Assembly: GCF_009914755.1 (NCBI RefSeq)
Contig: NC_060948.1
Direction: 5' to 3' (one strand)
DNA from: the human T2T-CHM13v2.0 reference genome, Homo sapiens
Length of the DNA: 64,000 bases
The notes below the pieces were generated by a model. That model had not been told where the DNA came from. It ran no database searches and was given only the letters and a program-made list of their open reading frames with translations. The translations under genes and the position numbers were made by a program. Below, piece after piece: positions 57,901 through 64,000 of this stretch; the first letter of the stretch is position 1; each line of letters starts with the position of its first letter.

Positions 57901-60900
57901 CCTTTCCATTGCAGTCTTTTCCCTTCGAGTCCATTCCGTTCGATTCCCTTCTATTCGATTCCATTCCATTGGAGTCCGTACCAGTCGAGTCCATTCTATT
58001 CCAGTCCATTAGTTTCGACTCCATTGCATTCGAGTGCATTCCATTCCGTGGCTGTCCATTCCATTCCGTTTGATGCCATTCCATACGATTCCATTCAATT
58101 CGAGACCATTCTATTCCTGTCCATTCCTTGCGGTTCGATTCCATTTCACTCTAGTCCATTCCATTCCATTCAATTCCATTCGACTCTATTCCGTTCCATT
58201 CAATTCCATTCCATTCGATTCCATTTTTTTCGAGAACCTTCCATTACACTCCCTTCCATTCCAGTGCATTCCATTCCAGTCTCTTCAGTTCGATTCCATT
58301 CCATTCGTTTAGATTCCTTTCCATTCCAGCCCATTCCATTCCATTCCATTCCTTTCCTTTCCGTTTCATTAGATTCCATTGCATTCCATTCCATTCAATT
58401 CAATTCCGTGCTATTCAATTTGATTCACTTCCATTTAATTCCATTCCATTAGATTCCATTCCGTACGATTCCATTCCTTTTGAATCCATTCCATTGGAGT
58501 CCATTCACTTCCAGAACATTCCATTCCAGTCGAATCCATTCGAGTACATTCCATTAAAGTTCATTACATTCTAATACATTCCATTCCATTGCATTCCATT
58601 CCATTCCATTCGATGCCATTCGATTCCATTCCATGCCAAATCATTGCATTCCTTTCCATTCCGTTCCTATCAATTCCATTCCATTCGATTTAGTTCGATT
58701 CTATTCACTTCCATTCCATTCGATTCCATTCCATTGGAGTCAATTCCTTTCGACACCCAGCCTTTGCAGTCAATGATTTTGGATTCCATTTTTTTGCATT
58801 CCATTACATTCTATGACATTCGATTCCGTTTCATTGCATTCCATTCCATACATTTTTATTCCATTCGAGACCGTAGCATTCCACTTTATTCCAGGCCTGT
58901 CCATTACACTACATTCCCTTCCATTCCAATGAATTCCATTCCATTCCAATCCATTCCTTTCCTTTCGCTTGCATTCCATTCTATTCCCTTCTACTGCATA
59001 CAATTTCACTCCATTCGTTCCCATTCCATTCAATTCCATTCCATTCAATTCCATTCCATTTGTTTCCATTCTCTTCGATTCCATTTCTTTATATTCCATG
59101 CCATTCGATTCCATTCTAATGGATTGCATTACATTCGTGTTCATTCCATTCCAGACCATTCCATTTGACTCCATTCCTTTCGAGCCCTTTCAATTTGAGT
59201 CCATTCCTTTCCAGTCCATTTCACTCCAGTCCATTACTATCCATTCCATACCATTCCATCCCATTCCATTCCATTCCATTCCATTCCATTCCATTCCATT
59301 CCATTGCATTCCATTCCATTCCATTCCATTGCACTGCACTCCATTCCATTACATTCTACTCTATCTGAGTCGGTTTTATTGCATTAGATTCTATTCCATT
59401 GGATTACTTTCCATTCGATTACATTCCATTCATGTACATTCCATTCCAGTCAATTACATTCGAGTTCATTACATTACATTCCAGTATATTCCATTGTATT
59501 CGATCCCATTCCTTTCAATTCCATTTCATTCGACTCCATTATATTCGATTCCATTCCACTCGAATCCATTCCATTAGAGGACATTCCATTCCAATGCATT
59601 CCATTCCATTCCATAACATTCCATTGCATTCGATTCCATTCCATTTGATGCCATTCCATTTGATGCCATTCCATGACATTCCATTCCATTCGAGTCCATT
59701 CCGTTCCAATTCATTCCATTCCTTTTCATGAAATTCGAGTCCTTTCCAGTACATTTCATTCCAATCCCATCCAATCCAATCTACTCCATTCAATTCCTTT
59801 CCATTCCATTTGATTAGATTCCATTGATTTGATTCCATTCAGTTTGATTCCATTCCGTGAAATTTCGTTCCATTCTATTCCATTGCATTACTTTCCATTC
59901 AATTCCATTCCATTTCATTTCAGTCCATTCGCTTCCTTTCCTTTCGATTCAATTCCATTTGATTCCACTCCATTCTATGCGATTTCATTCCAATCGATTC
60001 AATTCCATTCGATGACATTCCTTTCGTTTCCATTCCATTCGAGTCCATTCAATTTGAGCATTCGTGTCCATTCTATTCGAGTCCATTCCATTACCGTCTA
60101 TTCTATTCCCTTCCATTCCTGTTGATTCAATTTCATTCCCTTCTATTCGATTCCTTTCCATTCGATTCCATTCCTTTCCATTCCATTCCATTCGTTCCCA
60201 TTCCATCTGATTTCATTCCATTCCAGTCCATTATATTCGAGTCCACTCCACTCCATTCTATTACATTCAATTCCTTTTGAGTCCGTTCCATAACACTCCA
60301 TTAATTTCGATTCCATTTCTTGCCAGTTTTCTTCCATTTTATTCCATTCCGTTCGATTCCATTCCATTCGATTGCATTCCATTCGAATCCTTTCCATTCC
60401 ATTTCATTCCATTCCTTTCTATTCCATTCCATTTCATTCGATTTGATTCCATTCTGTTCTATTCCATTCAATTCTTTTTCATTCCATTCGAATCCTTTCT
60501 ATTGCAGTCCATTCCATTCGAGTCCATTCCAGTCCCTTCCATTCCATTCCATTACAGTCCATTGCAATAGATTCCATTCCTTTGCCTTCCATTCGAATCC
60601 ATTCCATTCTAGTCCATTCCATTTGAGTCAATTCCATTCCATTCCATTCTATTCCTTTCCAATCCATTCGATTCCATTCGATTCAATTCCATTTGATTCT
60701 CTTTCATTCTATTTTATTCCATGCCATTTGATTGCATTGCATTCCATTCCGTTTGATTCCAGTCCATTCAAGAAAGTTCCATTCCAGTCCATTGCTTTCC
60801 AGTCTATTCCATTCCACTCTAGTCTATTCCACTCCATTCCTTTCCATTCCATTCCATACTATTCCATTCCATTCCTTTGCATTCCGTTTCCAATCTATTC

Positions 60901-63900
60901 GAGTCCATTGCATTCCAGTCCAATCCATTCGATTACATTCCTTTTGATTCCCTGCCAGTCGATTGCATTGCATACTACACCATTCCAAAGGAGTCCATTC
61001 CATTCTATCTCAACACTTTCCATTCCACTCTGTTCGAGTCCATTCCATTCCAGTCCATTTAATTCAAGGGCATTCCATTCCATTCCATTCCATTCCATTT
61101 CATATTATTCCATTCCATTCAATTCCATTCCAGATGATTCCATTCCATTCTATACCATTGCTCTCTGTTCCATTCCATTCCATCTGTCTCCATTCCTTTC
61201 GTTTCGATTCCTTTCCATTCCATTCCATTACATTTGATCCTATTTTATTAAATTGCATTCTATTCGAGTGATTTCCATTCGAGTCCTTTCCATTCGATTC
61301 CATTCCATTCTATTCCATTCCTTTGGATTCCATTCCATTCCGTTCCGTTCACATCAATTCCTTGCGATTCCATTACATTCGATTTCTTGCCATTCGATTC
61401 CATTCCTTTTGACTCCATTTCATTCGATTCCATTCCATTCCATTAATTTCCATTCCATTCGAGACCTTTCCATTGCAGTCTTTTCCCTTCGAGTCCATTC
61501 CGTTCGATTCCCTTCCATTCGATTCCATTCCATTGGAGTCCGTACCAGTCGAGTCCATTCTATTCCAGTCCATTAGTTTCGACTCCATTGCATTCGAGTG
61601 CATTCCATTCCGTGGCTGTCCATTCCATTCCGTTTGATGCCATTCCATACGATTCCATTCAATTCGAGACCATTCTATTCCTGTCCATTCCTTGCGGTTC
61701 GATTCCATTTCACTCTAGTCCATTCCATTCCATTCAATTCCATTCGACTCTATTCCGTTCCATTCAATTCCATTCCATTCGATTCCATTTTTTTCGAGAA
61801 CCTTCCATTACACTCCCTTCCATTCCAGTGCATTCCATTCCAGTCTCTTCAGTTCGATTCCATTCCATTCGTTTAGATTCCTTTCCATTCCAGCCCATTC
61901 CATTCCATTCCATTCCTTTCCTTTCCGTTTCATTAGATTCCATTGCATTCCATTCCATTCAATTCAATTCCGTGCTATTCAATTTGATTCACTTCCATTT
62001 AATTCCATTCCATTAGATTCCATTCCGTACGATTCCATTCCTTTTGAATCCATTCCATTGGAGTCCATTCACTTCCAGAACATTCCATTCCAGTCGAATC
62101 CATTCGAGTACATTCCATTAAAGTTCATTACATTCTAATACATTCCATTCCATTGCATTCCATTCCATTCCATTCGATGCCATTCGATTCCATTCCATGC
62201 CAAATCATTGCATTCCTTTCCATTCCGTTCCTATCAATTCCATTCCATTCGATTTAGTTCGATTCTATTCACTTCCATTCCATTCGATTCCATTCCATTG
62301 GAGTCAATTCCTTTCGACACCCAGCCTTTCCAGTCAATGATTTTGGATTCCATTTTGTTGCATTCCATTACATTCTATGACATTCGATTCCGTTTCATTG
62401 CATTCCATTCCATACATTTTTATTCCATTCGAGACCGTAGCATTCCACTTTATTCCAGGCCTGTCCATTACACTACATTCCCTTCCATTCCAATGAATTC
62501 CATTCCATTCCAATCCATTCCTTTCCTTTCGCTTGCATTCCATTCTATTCCCTTCTACTGCATACAATTTCACTCCATTCGTTCCCATTCCATTCAATTC
62601 CATTCCATTCAATTCCATTCCATTTGTTTCCATTCTCTTCGATTCCATTTCTTTATATTCCATGCCATTCGATTCCATTCTATTGGATTGCATTACATTC
62701 GTGTTCATTCCATTCCAGACCATTCCATTTGACTCCATTCCTTTCGAGCCCTTTCAATTTGAGTCCATTCCTTTCCAGTCCATTTCACTCCAGTCCATTA
62801 CTATCCATTCCATCCCATTCCATCCCATTCCATTCCATTCCATTCCATTCCATTCCATTCCATTCCATTCCATTTCATTCCATTCCATTCCATTCCATTG
62901 CACTGCACTCCATTCCATTACATTCTACTCTATCTGAGTCGGTTTAATTGCATTAGATTCTATTCCATTGGATTACTTTCCATTCGATTACATTCCATTC
63001 ATGTACATTCCATTCCAGTCAATTACATTCGAGTTCATTACATTACATTCCAGTATATTCCATTGTGTTCGATCCCATTCCTTTCAATTCCATTTCATTC
63101 GACTCCATTATATTCGATTCCATTCCACTCGAATCCATTCCATTAGAGGACATTCCATTCCAATGCATTCCATTCCATTCCATAACATTCCATTGCATTC
63201 GATTCCATTCCATTTGATGCCATTCCATTTGATGCCATTCCATGACATTCCATTCCATTCGAGTCCATTCCGTTCCAATTCATTCCATTCCGTTTCATGA
63301 AATTCGAGTCCTTTCCAGTACATTTCATTCCAATCCCATCCAATCCAATCTACTCCATTCAATTCCTTTCCATTCCATTTGATTAGATTCCATTGATTTG
63401 ATTCCATTCAGTTTGATTCCATTCCGTGAAATTTCGTTCCATTCTATTCCATTGCATTACTTTCCATTCAATTCCATTCCATTTCATTTCAGTCCATTCG
63501 CTTCCTTTCCTTTCGATTCAATTCCATTTGATTCCACTCCATTCTATGCGATTTCATTCCAATCGATTCAATTCCATTGGATGACATTCCTTTCGTTTCC
63601 ATTCCTTTCGAGTCCATTCAATTTGAGCATTCGTGTCCATTCTATTCGAGTCCATTCCATTACCGTCTATTCTATTCCCTTCCATTCCTGTTGATTCAAT
63701 TTCATTCCCTTCCATTCGATTCCTTTCCATTCGATTCCATTCCTTTCCATTCCATTCCATTCGTTCCCATTCCATGTGATTTCATTCCATTCCAGTCCAT
63801 TATATTCGAGTCCACTCCACTCCATTCTATTACATTCAATTCCTTTGGAGTCCGTTCCATAACACTCCATTCATTTCGATTCCATTTCTTGCCAGTTTTC

Positions 63901-64000
63901 TTCCATTTTATTCCATTCCGTTCGATTCCATTCCATTCGATTGCATTCCATTCGAATCCTTTCCATTCCATTTCATTCCATTCCTTTCTATTCCATTCCA
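48957..64000 (+). repeat. Second (partial) copy of the 48,956-bp unit, near-identical to 1-15044
   Basis: 48957 reads gatgccattccatttgatgcc, as at position 1. ORF translations match except for one S/Y change traced to C10294 vs A59250. Confidence 0.93.

Larger units (their letters stand above)
1..64000 (+). repeat. DYZ1: Human satellite 3 array, DYZ1 (Yq12) family; ~18 tandem head-to-tail monomers of ~3.55-3.58 kb built from degenerate CATTC pentamers
   Basis: Continuous (CATTC)n with variants CATTG/GATTC/GAGTC. Unique landmarks (caagaaagttcc, ttcaagggc, gagaccgtagc, aggcctgtccattacactac) recur every ~3.56 kb. Homologous HaeIII-position sites lie at 2797, 6365, 9938, 13502, 17056, 20639, 24218, 27777, 31356, 34914, 38438, 41111, 44655, 48199, 51753, 55321, 58894 and 62458. 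The sequence after GGCC matches my recollection of the start of the 3564-bp DYZ1 HaeIII unit. Confidence 0.95.

Noticed and set aside
183-63971. Hundreds of ORFs encoding HSIPF-rich (+) or MEWNG-rich (-) peptides
   Set aside because: (CATTC)n and (GAATG)n have no stop codon in any frame and translate to HSIPF/MEWNG. The ORFs overlap in all frames, many start at TTG/GTG, and they are broken by frameshifts between monomers.
1-64000. CRISPR-like array or prokaryotic repeat system
   Set aside because: No constant repeat with unique spacers and no cas or other genes; variation is substitution within a pentamer lattice.
1-64000. HSat2, alpha satellite/CENP-B boxes, DYZ2/Alu, telomeric repeats or an inversion
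   Set aside because: CATTCGATTC occurs but the HSat2-type GATGATTCC periodic pattern is not dominant. I saw no 171-bp period, no AT-rich/Alu segment, no TTAGGG run and no GGAAT-oriented block on the + strand.

Overview
The whole 64 kb is one uninterrupted, single-orientation array of (CATTC/GGAAT)n pentamer satellite (human satellite 3). It is organised as ~3.55-3.58 kb monomers whose HaeIII/EcoRI landmark (GGCCTGTCCATTACACTACATTCCCTTCCATTCCAATGAATTCC) and 3564-bp length match the Y-heterochromatin repeat DYZ1 (Yq12). About 18 monomers are present. I see no genes, mobile elements, DYZ2/Alu blocks or inversions, and all listed ORFs are artefacts of the stop-free pentamer. The information lies in the hierarchy: (i) a 14-monomer, 48,956-bp higher-order unit, with 1-15044 repeated almost perfectly at 48957-64000; (ii) a nested 7,138-bp dimer duplication; (iii) an ~8.4-kb block of divergent monomers containing an 878-bp, in-register, microhomology-flanked deletion; (iv) mosaic monomers and a hypervariable pure (CCATT)n tract; (v) up to three perfect canonical heat-shock elements (nTTCnnGAAnnTTCn) at fixed positions in each monomer. 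All comparisons were made by eye and from ORF-track offsets, not by computed alignment.
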